Source of the DNA: Candidatus Multivoradales bacterium
GTDB lineage: Bacteria; Acidobacteriota; Thermoanaerobaculia; Multivoradales; JAHEKO01
Reading direction: 5' to 3'
Length of the DNA: 64,000 nucleotides
Assembly: GCA_965248055.1 (NCBI GenBank)
Contig: CBDFIJ010000004.1
Span: 2,823,908 to 2,887,907, forward strand
Shown in pieces: positions 16,934-27,358 of this stretch. The notes under the pieces were generated by a model. The model was not told the origin of the DNA, did not search any database, and worked only from the letters and a program-made list of their open reading frames with translations. The translations under genes were made by a program, and so were the position numbers. Every line of letters starts with the position of its first letter. Position 1 is the first letter of the stretch.

Positions 16934-19900
16934 ATGAGCAGTATTGAAATCGATACCGAATCGCTAGTTGCGGAGTCCATAGTTCCAGAAACGCTAGCCC
17001 CACCGAGCGATCTGAAACAGCGCCAAGCCTCTTTGGCGGATGCGCTCCAAGAGCGGATCTTGGTGTTGGACGGTGCCACCGGGACAGCACTGCAAGACGC
17101 TGATCTTCAGCCCACTGACTTCGGGCGAGCCGAGTGGGAGGGTTGTAACGAGGCACTGTGTGAGACCAGGCCAGACGTCATTCTCGGGGTACACCGCATC
17201 TATCTGAACGCGGGTGCGGACATTGTTGAGACCAATTCTTTTGGCAGCACGCCCTTGGTGCTGGCGGAATTCGATGTGGCGGAGAAGGCATTTGATTGGA
17301 GTCGACTGTCCGCGCAGCTCGCACGCCAAGCAGTGGCCGAGGTTGCCGCACAACGGACTGCCTTTGTCTGCGGTTCAATGGGACCAACAACCAAGGCGCT
17401 GTCGGTCACCGGGGGCGTTAGCTATGACCAACTGGTTCAGCACTTCTGCGTTCAAGCGTGCGGGTTGATGGCTGGTGGTTGTGATTATATTCTGATCGAA
17501 ACCTGCCAGGACACGCTCAACATCAAGGCGGCGGTGGAAGGAGTTCGTGGCGCCGTCGCCAAATGCGGCTGGAGCATCCCAATTGCCGTCTCGGTGACCA
17601 TCGAAACTAGCGGCACCATGCTCGCCGGACAAGATGCCGAAGCTCTGGCAGTCTCGCTGGCACACCTTGATCTGCTCTATTTAGGGCTCAACTGCGCCAC
17701 AGGTCCGGACTTGATGGCGGACTCGCTGCGCACTCTCTCAGAGCTGGCGCGGGTGCCGGTTGCCTGTGTCCCCAATGCTGGGCTACCAGACGAGAATGGC
17801 ATCTACCAACAGCGACCGGCGGACTTTGTCGAGGCGTTTTCCAGATTTCTCGACCAGGGGTGGGTTAATTTGGTTGGCGGTTGCTGTGGCACCGAAGCGG
17901 AGCACGTGCGAGCGCTCGCAGACCTAGTGCGAGGCCGCACGCCGAGGCCACTGGCGGTTCATTCACGTCGCTTGGTGTCTGGAATCGAGGCGGCGGAACT
18001 CGACGCCGACAGTCGCCCTCTGCTGGTAGGGGAACGGACCAACATTTTGGGCAGCAGGAAGTTTCGAGGTCTGATCGCATCCGGAGACTTTGAGACCGCC
18101 GCCGAGGTCGGGCGTTCTCAAGTTCGAGGTGGCGCCCAGGTGGTTGATGTATGCCTGCAAGATCCGGAGCGCGATGAAGCCGCAGAAATGAAGCAATTCT
18201 TGACAGTGCTGACCAAGAAGGTGCGAGCACCGTTGATGATCGACACCACCGATCCAGAGGTGATGGCGGTGGCTCTCCGCCTATGCCAGGGAAAGGCGGT
18301 ACTCAATTCGGTCAATCTAGAAGACGGCGAAGAACGTTTTCTCCGGGTCGTGGCTCTGGCTCTCAAGAATGGAGCTGCGATGATCGTCGGCCTGATCGAC
18401 GAGCAAGGGATGGCGGTCTCGGTGGAACGTAAGATCGAGGTCGCTCAGCGATCGGTAGATGTCATGCGTCGTGAAGGAGTTCGAGATGAAGACGTCTGGT
18501 GGGACGCCTTGGTCTTTCCTTGCGGCACCGGAGACCCTGAGTACGTTGGTTCAGCGGCCGCGACGCTGGCCGGTGTCGAGCGACTGAAAAGCGAATTTCC
18601 TCTCTCGTCAACCGTACTCGGCGTTTCCAATATCAGCTTTGGGTTGCCGCTGCCAGGGCGCGAGGTATTGAATTCCGTGTTCTTGCATCGCGCGACGCTG
18701 GCCGGTTTGGACGCCGCGATCGTCAACACTGAGAGACTCGCCCGATTTGCCGAGATCGCCTCTGAGGACCGGAATCTGTGCGACCAACTGCTGAATCTGC
18801 AGGCGGGTGAAACCGAGAAGGCCGATACCGCGGTCCAGGAATTCACCGCCCATTTTCGCACTCGCAAAGTGGTGGCGACCAAACCGCGTAGTGAAATGCC
18901 ACTGGCAGAGCGGCTGGCCAATGCGGTGATCGAGGGGAGTCGCGAGTTCCTGGTCGAAGATCTGGAGGTGGCCTTGTCTGAAGAGCAGTGGCCAACCCCG
19001 CTAGCAGTGATCAACGGCCCGTTGATGACCGGAATGGATGAGGTCGGGCGGCGATTCAACGCCAATGAGCTGATCGTTGCCGAGGTGCTGCAGAGCGCCG
19101 AAGTGATGAAGGGCGCGGTCGACTACTTGGAACCCTTCATGGACAAGGACGAAACCGCCTCGCGCGGCCGCGTGCTATTGGCGACCGTCAAGGGCGACGT
19201 TCATGACATCGGCAAGAATCTGGTCGATATTGTGCTTTCAAACAACGGCTTCGAGGTGGTCAATCTTGGCATCAAGGTGCCGAGCGAGACTTTGATTCAA
19301 GCCGCGCGGGAACACCAACCCGATCTCATCGGTCTTTCAGGCCTGTTGGTCAAGAGCGCTCACCAAATGGTAGCTACCGCGTCGGACTTGCGTGCGGCTG
19401 GAGTCGAGGCACCACTGTTGGTGGGAGGGGCTGCATTGTCGCGCCGTTTTACCCATCAACGAATCGCGACCGAGTACGCTGGTCTGTGCACCTACGCCAA
19501 AGACGCAATGCACGGATTGGAGTTGGTGCGCCGCATTCTGGACCCAGCTCTGCGTTCGGAGTTGGATGGCGAAGTGGCTGAAGCCCAAGCCACCGATCGA
19601 GCACAAGGGGTGGGGTCAACGCGCATCAGCAACGCCCGTCGCGCTGCCAAGCCGAAGATTGACAACGATTTTGCTGCACCAGTGCCACCCGATTTGCGGT
19701 TGCACCGAGAGAACTTCGCGGTCGAAGACATCTGGCCTTGGGTTAATCCACAAATGCTGTATGGCAAGCATCTTGGCCTGCGCGGTTCGGTGGCCAAACT
19801 CGCCCAACAGCAGGATGGAAAGCACCAGTTGTTGCAAGCTGCGGTGCAACAAGCGCAAGCGGACTGGAAGGAGCATCAATTCGAGGTGCGCGGCGTGTGG

Positions 19901-20458
19901 CGCTTCGTGGCGGCAAGACGCGACCAGGATCAAATACTGTTGAGTTTGCCGGAGTATCACTCGCTGGTGGGTTGGAGTTTTTCGCGCCGGGCCGAGTCCG
20001 ATCAGCTCTCGTTGGTCGACTACATTCTTCCCGAGGATCATTTGGCGCTGTTCGCGGTAACCGTCGATCGGCGAGTGGCAGAGCGCTCCCGAGTTCTAAA
20101 AGACGCCGGGGAGTATTTGGCGAGCCACACCTTGGCGGCGTTGGCGTTAGAGACTGCCGAGGCGGCAGCCGAATTCTTGCATCGCAATCTGCGCCAAGCG
20201 TGGGGCTTTGGAGATCCTGAGTCAACGACTGTGGCTGATGTGATCAAGGGCCGGTATCGCGGCCGTCGATACAGCTTCGGCTATCCAGCGTGCCCGGATC
20301 TTGAGGGGCAGCGGTTGCTGCTCGAAGTGCTAGATGCGCCGTCGATTGACCTTCAGCTGACCGATGGCGACATGATGGACCCGGAAGCGTCGGTTTCGGC
20401 TTTGGTATTCCATCACCCGGAAGCCAAGTACTTCGGTGTCGCCGAAGGCCTAGATTAA
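16934..20458 (+). CDS. metH: Cobalamin-dependent methionine synthase
   Basis: Hcy-binding, pterin-binding, B12-binding (GDVHDIGKN, SGLL) and AdoMet-activation domains are all recognisable. ATG at 16934 is preceded by GAGGAA; the track ORF starts at TTG 16916. Confidence 0.95.
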   Translation: MSSIEIDTESLVAESIVPETLAPPSDLKQRQASLADALQERILVLDGATGTALQDADLQPTDFGRAEWEGCNEALCETRPDVILGVHRIYLNAGADIVETNSFGSTPLVLAEFDVAEKAFDWSRLSAQLARQAVAEVAAQRTAFVCGSMGPTTKALSVTGGVSYDQLVQHFCVQACGLMAGGCDYILIETCQDTLNIKAAVEGVRGAVAKCGWSIPIAVSVTIETSGTMLAGQDAEALAVSLAHLDLLYLGLNCATGPDLMADSLRTLSELARVPVACVPNAGLPDENGIYQQRPADFVEAFSRFLDQGWVNLVGGCCGTEAEHVRALADLVRGRTPRPLAVHSRRLVSGIEAAELDADSRPLLVGERTNILGSRKFRGLIASGDFETAAEVGRSQVRGGAQVVDVCLQDPERDEAAEMKQFLTVLTKKVRAPLMIDTTDPEVMAVALRLCQGKAVLNSVNLEDGEERFLRVVALALKNGAAMIVGLIDEQGMAVSVERKIEVAQRSVDVMRREGVRDEDVWWDALVFPCGTGDPEYVGSAAATLAGVERLKSEFPLSSTVLGVSNISFGLPLPGREVLNSVFLHRATLAGLDAAIVNTERLARFAEIASEDRNLCDQLLNLQAGETEKADTAVQEFTAHFRTRKVVATKPRSEMPLAERLANAVIEGSREFLVEDLEVALSEEQWPTPLAVINGPLMTGMDEVGRRFNANELIVAEVLQSAEVMKGAVDYLEPFMDKDETASRGRVLLATVKGDVHDIGKNLVDIVLSNNGFEVVNLGIKVPSETLIQAAREHQPDLIGLSGLLVKSAHQMVATASDLRAAGVEAPLLVGGAALSRRFTHQRIATEYAGLCTYAKDAMHGLELVRRILDPALRSELDGEVAEAQATDRAQGVGSTRISNARRAAKPKIDNDFAAPVPPDLRLHRENFAVEDIWPWVNPQMLYGKHLGLRGSVAKLAQQQDGKHQLLQAAVQQAQADWKEHQFEVRGVWRFVAARRDQDQILLSLPEYHSLVGWSFSRRAESDQLSLVDYILPEDHLALFAVTVDRRVAERSRVLKDAGEYLASHTLAALALETAEAAAEFLHRNLRQAWGFGDPESTTVADVIKGRYRGRRYSFGYPACPDLEGQRLLLEVLDAPSIDLQLTDGDMMDPEASVSALVFHHPEAKYFGVAEGLD

Positions 20459-20904
20459 CCACCGCTGCCGAGTGCTCGCCAGCGGCGCTTCAAGGCGGCG
20501 ATGGCGAAACCCAGATAGCGCAGAATCGCCTGGCTTCGGTGCGCAAGGGGAACGTTCGCTGCTTCCTTTCGATTGGTTCCCGAGACCACTTTGCCGAGCA
20601 CCTGTTTCACGGCTACTGGGTGATCGATGCTGGGGCTGGCATCTCCAGCAGTGACCACAGAAAGCTGTCCACGAAAGGGACGCCAGCCCAGGAGTCGGTG
20701 AACCAGAAGGCCGTTTTCTCCTTCGACCACGATCACATCACCCGGTAGATAGATCTTTTTTCGTTGTACCTTTAGTAAGTCTCCTTCGACGATCCACGGC
20801 GCCATACATTGGTTGCGTGCGGTGGCGTCAAAGGTGGAGAATCGCGCCTCGGTCAATTTGCTGGAAAGTGTTCGCCGAGAATTCATGGGTACATAGAAGG
20901 TCAC
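20455..20904 (-). CDS. Small S24/S26 (signal-peptidase/LexA-like) fold protein, tentative; Cys at the expected nucleophile position
   Basis: NQCMAPWIVEGDLLKV...LPGDVIVVEGENGLLVHRLLG follows the G-S-M-x-P...GD(I/V)(I/V)...HR(V/L) pattern of S26B/S24 peptidases, but with C in place of S. Its stop overlaps the metH stop (TTAA). Confidence 0.4.
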   Translation of the reverse strand: MTFYVPMNSRRTLSSKLTEARFSTFDATARNQCMAPWIVEGDLLKVQRKKIYLPGDVIVVEGENGLLVHRLLGWRPFRGQLSVVTAGDASPSIDHPVAVKQVLGKVVSGTNRKEAANVPLAHRSQAILRYLGFAIAALKRRWRALGSGG

Positions 20905-21044
20905 TGATCTGACGGTGGGCTACATCGCGGCCTGGACCTGTCAGTCTACGGCGTGGTCAAGCAAAAGCCTACGCAAAGACCCTGAATCGCAGCAATCCTG
21001 ACTCGCAACAGTTTTGAATTTATGGTGTTCAATCGGGTTGTTTT

Positions 21045-21064
21045 CCTACCGATCGTTCGGTAGG
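21045..21064. promoter_or_regulatory. Perfect 8-bp inverted repeat, candidate TetR operator
   Basis: CCTACCGA-tcgt-TCGGTAGG, 12 nt upstream of the tetR-family ATG (21076). Confidence 0.45.
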
Positions 21065-21075
21065 ATTTGCGGCCC

Positions 21076-21696
21076 ATGACCTCGAAGGCCAACAGTCCCA
21101 AGCCAAACACTTTGGAGACCTTGCGCAGCACCGCTTCGATGCTTTTTTCGCAGCGTGGTTATGCGGGCACTTCGATGTCTCGAATCGCAGAATCGGTGGG
21201 GGTGCGCAAGGCGAGTCTGTACAACTACTACGACTCCAAAGAAGCGCTTTTGGAGGACTTAGTCGAGCGGGGGATGGAAGCGTGGAGTGAGGCTTGCCAC
21301 GGCTGCTTGGAAGGTGCGGAAAACCCGCCGGAGCAATTGCGCACCTATTTCTACGCCATCTTCGCTTTTGTCGACGCTCATCCGGAGACCGCGGCGTTGA
21401 TCCGAGTGGCCTCGATGCAGATCGGCGGTGCCTTGGGCGAGCATTTTCGTCGGCCGGTGCTGGAGGAAAAGGAACAGATGGTCAACGATGTTGCCAGGTT
21501 GTGCCAAGTGGCGATGAAACGGGGCCAGATGGCGCCGGCCAATCCGCGCGAACTGGCTCTCTTTTGGACCGCCACAGTGGACGGTATTTTGATCGACAAA
21601 CTCTTTGCAACTGCGTGGGCGCGGGAATATCAAGAGGGGCTTGAAAAACTGTGGCAACGATTGTGGGTGGCGGTGGGAGGCGTAGATGCGTCATAG
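21076..21696 (+). CDS. TetR/AcrR-family transcriptional regulator
   Basis: HTH region TLRSTASMLFSQRGYAGTSMSRIAESVGVRKASLYNYYDSKEALL. It precedes the efflux genes. The track ORF starts at TTG 21067. Confidence 0.9.
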   Translation: MTSKANSPKPNTLETLRSTASMLFSQRGYAGTSMSRIAESVGVRKASLYNYYDSKEALLEDLVERGMEAWSEACHGCLEGAENPPEQLRTYFYAIFAFVDAHPETAALIRVASMQIGGALGEHFRRPVLEEKEQMVNDVARLCQVAMKRGQMAPANPRELALFWTATVDGILIDKLFATAWAREYQEGLEKLWQRLWVAVGGVDAS

Positions 21697-23059
21697 ATGG
21701 ATGGTCCTAGGAATCGCTGGTTGGGTTCTTGTCGGCGGGTTGCAATTGACCGCCAGGATGCAGGCTCAGGAAGGTCCGTGGGATCTGGGCGATGTCGTCG
21801 GTAGAGCTTGGGAGTCCAATCCGGCCTATCTGGCGGTGCAAGAGCAATTGGTCGAAGTGCAGGCGGGAATCGACCAAGCGTGGTCATCTGCCTATCCACA
21901 GATCACGCTCAAATCGAACTGGAATCAGTCTCGCAACCCGGCTCTTCTCAACAGTCCTGATTTTGAAAATTTTGTAACCCAGTTCCCCGGTGCCTTCACG
22001 CCGCGGGTTCAGGAGCTGTTCACGATCGGCTTCGATATCGAACAGACGGTCTATTCGTGGGGCAAAGTGGGCGCTGGGATCAAGGCAGCCGAGCAGGCCC
22101 TGGCAGCCACTCACTCTGGGGTAGAGGTGGCCAAACTGGACGTTGCACGGATTGCTGCACACAACTACTTCGAGGTCCTCGCTGCTAGCGCTCGGCGAGA
22201 GACCGTTGCCCAACAGCAAGCGGTACGCGAAGAGGCGCTCGCGGTAGTTGAGGCGCGCTTTGAGGTCGAAGAGGCCACCGAGCTGGAGCGTTTGCGCGCT
22301 CGGGCTTCATTGGCTCAGGTTGCGCCCAACGTTGCCGCAGTAGACGGGCAAGTGCGGGCGGCCCGAGCCAACCTGCGAGCAGTGCTGGGTTGGACCTCGG
22401 ATCTTCCTGAACTAATCCAAACCGAAAGTGAGCTGCCGCAGATTGGCAGCGACGGGATTCTGATTGGTCGGGCGATTACTCATCGACCCGAGATCCGACT
22501 GATCGACGCTGACCTGGAGTTTGTGAGATTACGTTCGGTGATCAGCCGTGCCGGTCGCAAGCCGCAAATCGACCTGACCGGCAATATTGGCAGGCAGGTA
22601 GCAGACCCCGACAATTTCTCGGACGACCTCTACGACGATTGGCGGGTTGGCATCGGTCTCGATTGGAGCCTGTTCGACGGTGGGATGCGCGAGAGTGAGG
22701 CTGCACGATTTGACAGCCAGCGTCGTCGTCGTCGATTGGATCGTTTGGCAGCGGTGTTGGGTATTCAAGCGGAGGTCGAGAGTTCGGCGGCAGTCTATCG
22801 GGCCAGCTTGGCGGGACTGGAAGCTGCTCAGGTGGCGGCGCAGGCTGCGGGAGAGGCAGCACGGGTAGGCCAGGAGGCGTACGCAGAGGGCGTGGCGTTG
22901 CAGGCCGATTTGCTGGACGCGCAACAGGTGCAAGCCGTCGCAGACTTAGTCGAAGTCGAGGCTCGGTTTACCGCCTGGAAGGCTTGGGCTGATGTTTGTA
23001 GGGCGGTGGGAACCGACGCTACCGACAGGGACTGGGTCTCCGATTGGGTGTCTGAATGA
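21686..23059 (+). CDS. TolC-family outer-membrane efflux protein
   Basis: Signal peptide and two OEP repeats (AWESNPAYLAVQEQL..., ALAVVEARFEVEEATELERLRA..., EAYAEGVALQADLLDAQ). Overlaps the neighbouring genes. Confidence 0.85.
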   Translation: MRHRWMVLGIAGWVLVGGLQLTARMQAQEGPWDLGDVVGRAWESNPAYLAVQEQLVEVQAGIDQAWSSAYPQITLKSNWNQSRNPALLNSPDFENFVTQFPGAFTPRVQELFTIGFDIEQTVYSWGKVGAGIKAAEQALAATHSGVEVAKLDVARIAAHNYFEVLAASARRETVAQQQAVREEALAVVEARFEVEEATELERLRARASLAQVAPNVAAVDGQVRAARANLRAVLGWTSDLPELIQTESELPQIGSDGILIGRAITHRPEIRLIDADLEFVRLRSVISRAGRKPQIDLTGNIGRQVADPDNFSDDLYDDWRVGIGLDWSLFDGGMRESEAARFDSQRRRRRLDRLAAVLGIQAEVESSAAVYRASLAGLEAAQVAAQAAGEAARVGQEAYAEGVALQADLLDAQQVQAVADLVEVEARFTAWKAWADVCRAVGTDATDRDWVSDWVSE

Positions 23060-24138
23060 GTGAGCAGGGGTTGAAGTTAGACCGGAAGAGAAGGAGCCGT
23101 AGTATGAAGCGCCACACTTGGCTGGGTGTCATGACGATATTGCTCGTTGCCTGCGGGGGCCGAGAAGAGAGCGCCCCTGCCGAGGAAACGGTGACCGAAG
23201 TTGGGGTGATCGAGATTGCACCCCAGGAAATTGTTGATTGGGCGGTTCTTCCGGCAGATCTGATCGCCGATCGCAAAGCGACGCTGGCGGCCGAAGTGCC
23301 GGGTCGGGTCGAGCAGATGCGGGTTGAGGTGGGAGACCAACTGACCCGCGGAATGACCATCGCCTCGGTGGATCGTCGGGTCTTTGCGCAACAAGTCGCT
23401 GAGGCCGAGGCTTACCAAAGGCAGGCTGCCGAGGATGCTCAACGAGCGGAGAAATTATTTGAGAAACGTTCGATTACCCGGCAGCGTTTGACGGCAGCGC
23501 AGACCGGTCTCAACGTTGCCGATGCGCGCTTGGCGTCCGCTCGCTTGACTTTGGACAAATCGACCCTTCGCGCCCCCTGGAGCGGCCGGGTTTCCGGGCG
23601 CTGGGCGGAAGCGGGGGACTACCTGCAGCCCGGCCAACCGGTGGTCGAGTTGGTGTCGGATAGGAAACTCAAAGTGCGGGCACCGGTGGCGGCACCTGAC
23701 GCACCATTGATCAAGCTTGGAATGCCGGTGGAGGTAACCGTCGAAGGGTTTGGTACAGAAATTTTCCGCGGCGAGATCGTCCGGGTTGGTGCAACCCTAG
23801 ACATCGCTTCTCGGACTCTGCAGTTGGAGGCCGAAATCGACAATAGCGAAGGTCGACTCAAGGCTGGCATGTACGGTCAATTGCGATTTCCGCGTCGAAA
23901 ATTCGAACAAGCGGTGGCGGTTCCCCTTGGTTCTTTGATCGACACCGAGACCGGCAAACTGCTCTATCTGGTGGATTCCGATGGGGTGGTCCGACGGGTC
24001 GATCCGGAGCTGGGTTCGATCATCGGTGACCAAGTGATTCTGCTCAACGGCGTGGTGGCTGGCGATCGGGTGGTGGTGGAAGGCCAATATCGTATTAGTG
24101 ATGGGATGAACGTAGAACTGCGAGTGATCGAGCGTTAG
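23056..24138 (+). CDS. RND efflux periplasmic adaptor (MFP/HlyD family) lipoprotein
   Basis: Lipobox LLVACGG, a coiled-coil hairpin, LRAPWSGRVSG and beta-barrel motifs. 4-nt overlap with the tolC-like stop. Confidence 0.85.
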   Translation: MSEQGLKLDRKRRSRSMKRHTWLGVMTILLVACGGREESAPAEETVTEVGVIEIAPQEIVDWAVLPADLIADRKATLAAEVPGRVEQMRVEVGDQLTRGMTIASVDRRVFAQQVAEAEAYQRQAAEDAQRAEKLFEKRSITRQRLTAAQTGLNVADARLASARLTLDKSTLRAPWSGRVSGRWAEAGDYLQPGQPVVELVSDRKLKVRAPVAAPDAPLIKLGMPVEVTVEGFGTEIFRGEIVRVGATLDIASRTLQLEAEIDNSEGRLKAGMYGQLRFPRRKFEQAVAVPLGSLIDTETGKLLYLVDSDGVVRRVDPELGSIIGDQVILLNGVVAGDRVVVEGQYRISDGMNVELRVIER

Positions 24139-24145
24139 GCATTCG

Positions 24146-27100
24146 ATGCGTATCACTGATATTTGCTTACGCCATCGCCCGGCGGTTTTCTTTATCGCCG
24201 CAGCACTGCTGTTTGCTGGGCTCATTTCCTACATCTCGCTGCCCCGCGAATCGAGCCCGGAAGTTCAGATTCCGGTGATCAATGTGATCACCACCTATGC
24301 CGGAGCGGCGCCTACCGATGTCGAGAATCTAATCACCAATCCCTTGGAGCGCGAGCTTCAGGGAGTGGACGATTTGGACGAGATTCGGTCGATTTCGCGC
24401 GAGAGCGTATCGGTGGTGACGCTGGAGTTTGTTTCCGGCACCGACATCGATACCGCGATGCAAAAAGTACGAGAGCGAGTCGATCAGGCCAAGGTCGACT
24501 TCCCCAATGACGCCGAGGATCCGGTCCTAGGCGAGATCAATTTCGCCGAATTTCCGATTCTGCAGATCAATCTGGCCGGCCCGGTGGGGCCAGTGGTGTT
24601 GAAAGAGCTGGCGGAAGACCTCCAAGACGAACTGGAAGGGCTGCCAGGGATTCTTGCCGTTGACTTGATCGGTGGTTTGGATCGCGAAGTGCTGGTGGAG
24701 GTCGACCCGCGAGCCCTGCGCTCCTACGGGCTGGCTTTGAACGACGTGGTCGAAGCGGTGCGTGATGAGAACGTTTCGATTCCTGGCGGCGAATTGGATT
24801 TGGGCGACACCTCGTTTGCTGTGCGGGTCCCGGGTGAGGTCGAGGATCCAGAATCGGTGCGTGACTTCGTGGTTTCAGCGCGCGGCGGGACGCCGGTGTT
24901 TATCCGCGACTTGGCGACCGTGCGCTACGGCTTTGCCGACCGCATTTCCTACGCCAGGATCGACGGCGAAGAGTCAGTGGCTCTGACCATCCAGAAACGA
25001 CAAGGAGCCAACATCGTTGACGTTGTCGATGCCGCCAAGGTTCTGGTCGAGCAGGGCAAGGAGTCGTGGCCGGCGGGGTTAGGCGTCAGCTACTTGGGTG
25101 ATCAATCGCGCGACATTCGGCAGATGGTTTCGGATCTTGAGAACAACATCCTTTCTGGGTTGGTGCTGGTGGTTTTGGTGTTGATGGCGTTCCTCGGTTT
25201 CCGTACCGCACTGCTGGTGGGTCTGGCGATCCCGTTTTCCATGTTGCTGACCTTTTTGGTCATCGACCTCTCGGGGTTGACCCTCAACATGGTGGTCTTG
25301 TTCTCGCTGGTGTTGGCGGTCGGCATGTTGGTGGACAACGCGGTGGTGGTGATTGAGAACATCTATCGCCATCGCGAAGAAGGTTCTCCCCGGGTTCGGG
25401 CAGCATCCGAGGCGACCCGTGAAGTGGGCATCGCGATTCTGGTGTCCACTCTGACCACGGTGGCGGCGTTCGGCCCGCTGATTCGCTGGCCGGGAGTGAT
25501 GGGCGACTTCATGGTGTATCTGCCGATCACCCTGATCGTTACCTTGTTGGCGTCTCTGTTGGTCGCCTACACCCTCAATCCGACTCTGGCGGCCAACTTT
25601 CTGCGTTCGCGGGAAGAACGCAAAGCGTCGTTGCGCCGCAGTTCACTGCGATCGACGCTCGATCGTTGGGAGCACAACCTCAACGATCTCTATCGACGTG
25701 TGTTGGAGTGGGCCTTGGACCACCGGGCGCGCACTTTGATGTTGGCGCTGGGCACCTTCGTATTGGTGGCGGCAGCGTTCAGCGTGTTTGGAACCGGAGT
25801 GGAGTTTGTACCCGAGACCGACCCGCGGCAGATCTTTGTCAACTTGGAGATGCCGGCAGGAACTCGCATCGAGAAAACCGATCAGGTGGTTCGTCGATTG
25901 GAGCAAGAACTGAGCGACACCCCTGACGTTGCGGTACTGGCGGCCAACGTCGGGGCCGGCAGCGAGAGCAACCAATTTGGCTTGGCTTCCGGAGGTGACG
26001 CCAACCGCGGCAGGGTGGTCTTGGACATGCTCGAACGCAAACAGCGAGAGCAAAATTCCTTCCTGACTGTCGATCAAGTGCGCCAGCAGTTGAAGAACTT
26101 CCCCCAGGGCACGGTGACTGTGGACTACTTCACCGACGGTCCGCCGCTCGGCGAAGCAGTGGCGATCGAGGTCACCGGCGATGACTTCAATACCTTGGGA
26201 GCGATCGCCGCGCAGATTCGAGAAGCGATCACCGGAATTGACGAACTGGTCGGGCTGGAAGACGACTTCGACGCTGCTAGGCCAGAAATTGTGGTGACAG
26301 TCAATCGCACCGAAGCGCACCGCTTGGGGCTAACCACAGTGCAGATTGCCGGAATGCTGCGCACCGCCTTGTCTGGAACCGAAGCGTCCACCTATCGCAA
26401 GGAAGAAGACGAAGCGGAGATCCGCGTACGCTTGGCGCCGCAGTTTCGCAGTTCGATCGATGACCTAAAAAGTCTCACCGTGGTCACCGATCCAGCCGGT
26501 GCCTTGGTGCCGATTTCGTCCGTGGCTCGCTTGGAGCGCGGAACCTCTTTGACTGCAGTACGCCACAAAGGGCGTAAACCGATGGTCACCGTGACCGCCG
26601 AGGTCACCGAACCGAAGTTCGCCGACCCGGTACGCCAAGAAGCGATACGCCGGGTCGAGGCCTTGGATTTTCCGCCGGGTTACGAATGGGCGTTGGGCGG
26701 GCAAAGCGAGACTCAAGCTGAGTCCAGTAGCTTTCTGATGTCTGCTTTCGGAGCGGCTCTGATCCTGGTGCTGGCTTTGATGGTGGCGAAGTTTGATTCG
26801 CTGGCGCTGCCATTCATCGTTATGACCTCGGTGGGGATGTCGATGGTCGGCGTCATGGTCGGCTTGATGGTGACGCGCCTTCCTTTTGGCGTCATCATGA
26901 CTGGGTTGGGTGTGATCTCGTTGGCCGGAATCGTGGTCAACAATGCCATCGTTTTGCTCGACTACGCGGAGCAGCTGCGAGCTCAGGGATTGCCCCGGCG
27001 AGAAGTGGTGGTCAACACCGGCTTGCGTCGATTGCGCCCAGTCCTGCTCACCGCCATCACCACCATTCTGGGGCTGATTCCTCTGTCCACCGGCTATGAG

Positions 27101-27358
27101 TTTGATTTCAAACACTTCGTGTTCTCCAGCGGTGGCGAGAGCAGCCAATGGTGGCAAGGCATGGGCGTTGCGGTCATCTTTGGCCTGGCGATGGCGACTT
27201 TCTTGACTCTGATTCTGGTTCCGGTGCTCTACGACCTGTGGTTTCAGTGGCGCCAGCGGCGTCAAGGTGCTTCGGATGGGTCTGAGGATCAACCTGTGGT
27301 TGAGGTCGACAACCGAGGAGATTTTGATCCAGACCAAGCCGAGCCGGAACTGATCTAG
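24146..27358 (+). CDS. RND efflux transporter permease (AcrB/HAE family)
   Basis: 1070 aa with 12-TM topology. N-terminal RPAVFFIAAALLFAGLISYISLPRESSPEVQIPVINV, and GMLVDNAVVVIENI / GIVVNNAIVLLDY motifs. Confidence 0.95.
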   Translation: MRITDICLRHRPAVFFIAAALLFAGLISYISLPRESSPEVQIPVINVITTYAGAAPTDVENLITNPLERELQGVDDLDEIRSISRESVSVVTLEFVSGTDIDTAMQKVRERVDQAKVDFPNDAEDPVLGEINFAEFPILQINLAGPVGPVVLKELAEDLQDELEGLPGILAVDLIGGLDREVLVEVDPRALRSYGLALNDVVEAVRDENVSIPGGELDLGDTSFAVRVPGEVEDPESVRDFVVSARGGTPVFIRDLATVRYGFADRISYARIDGEESVALTIQKRQGANIVDVVDAAKVLVEQGKESWPAGLGVSYLGDQSRDIRQMVSDLENNILSGLVLVVLVLMAFLGFRTALLVGLAIPFSMLLTFLVIDLSGLTLNMVVLFSLVLAVGMLVDNAVVVIENIYRHREEGSPRVRAASEATREVGIAILVSTLTTVAAFGPLIRWPGVMGDFMVYLPITLIVTLLASLLVAYTLNPTLAANFLRSREERKASLRRSSLRSTLDRWEHNLNDLYRRVLEWALDHRARTLMLALGTFVLVAAAFSVFGTGVEFVPETDPRQIFVNLEMPAGTRIEKTDQVVRRLEQELSDTPDVAVLAANVGAGSESNQFGLASGGDANRGRVVLDMLERKQREQNSFLTVDQVRQQLKNFPQGTVTVDYFTDGPPLGEAVAIEVTGDDFNTLGAIAAQIREAITGIDELVGLEDDFDAARPEIVVTVNRTEAHRLGLTTVQIAGMLRTALSGTEASTYRKEEDEAEIRVRLAPQFRSSIDDLKSLTVVTDPAGALVPISSVARLERGTSLTAVRHKGRKPMVTVTAEVTEPKFADPVRQEAIRRVEALDFPPGYEWALGGQSETQAESSSFLMSAFGAALILVLALMVAKFDSLALPFIVMTSVGMSMVGVMVGLMVTRLPFGVIMTGLGVISLAGIVVNNAIVLLDYAEQLRAQGLPRREVVVNTGLRRLRPVLLTAITTILGLIPLSTGYEFDFKHFVFSSGGESSQWWQGMGVAVIFGLAMATFLTLILVPVLYDLWFQWRQRRQGASDGSEDQPVVEVDNRGDFDPDQAEPELI

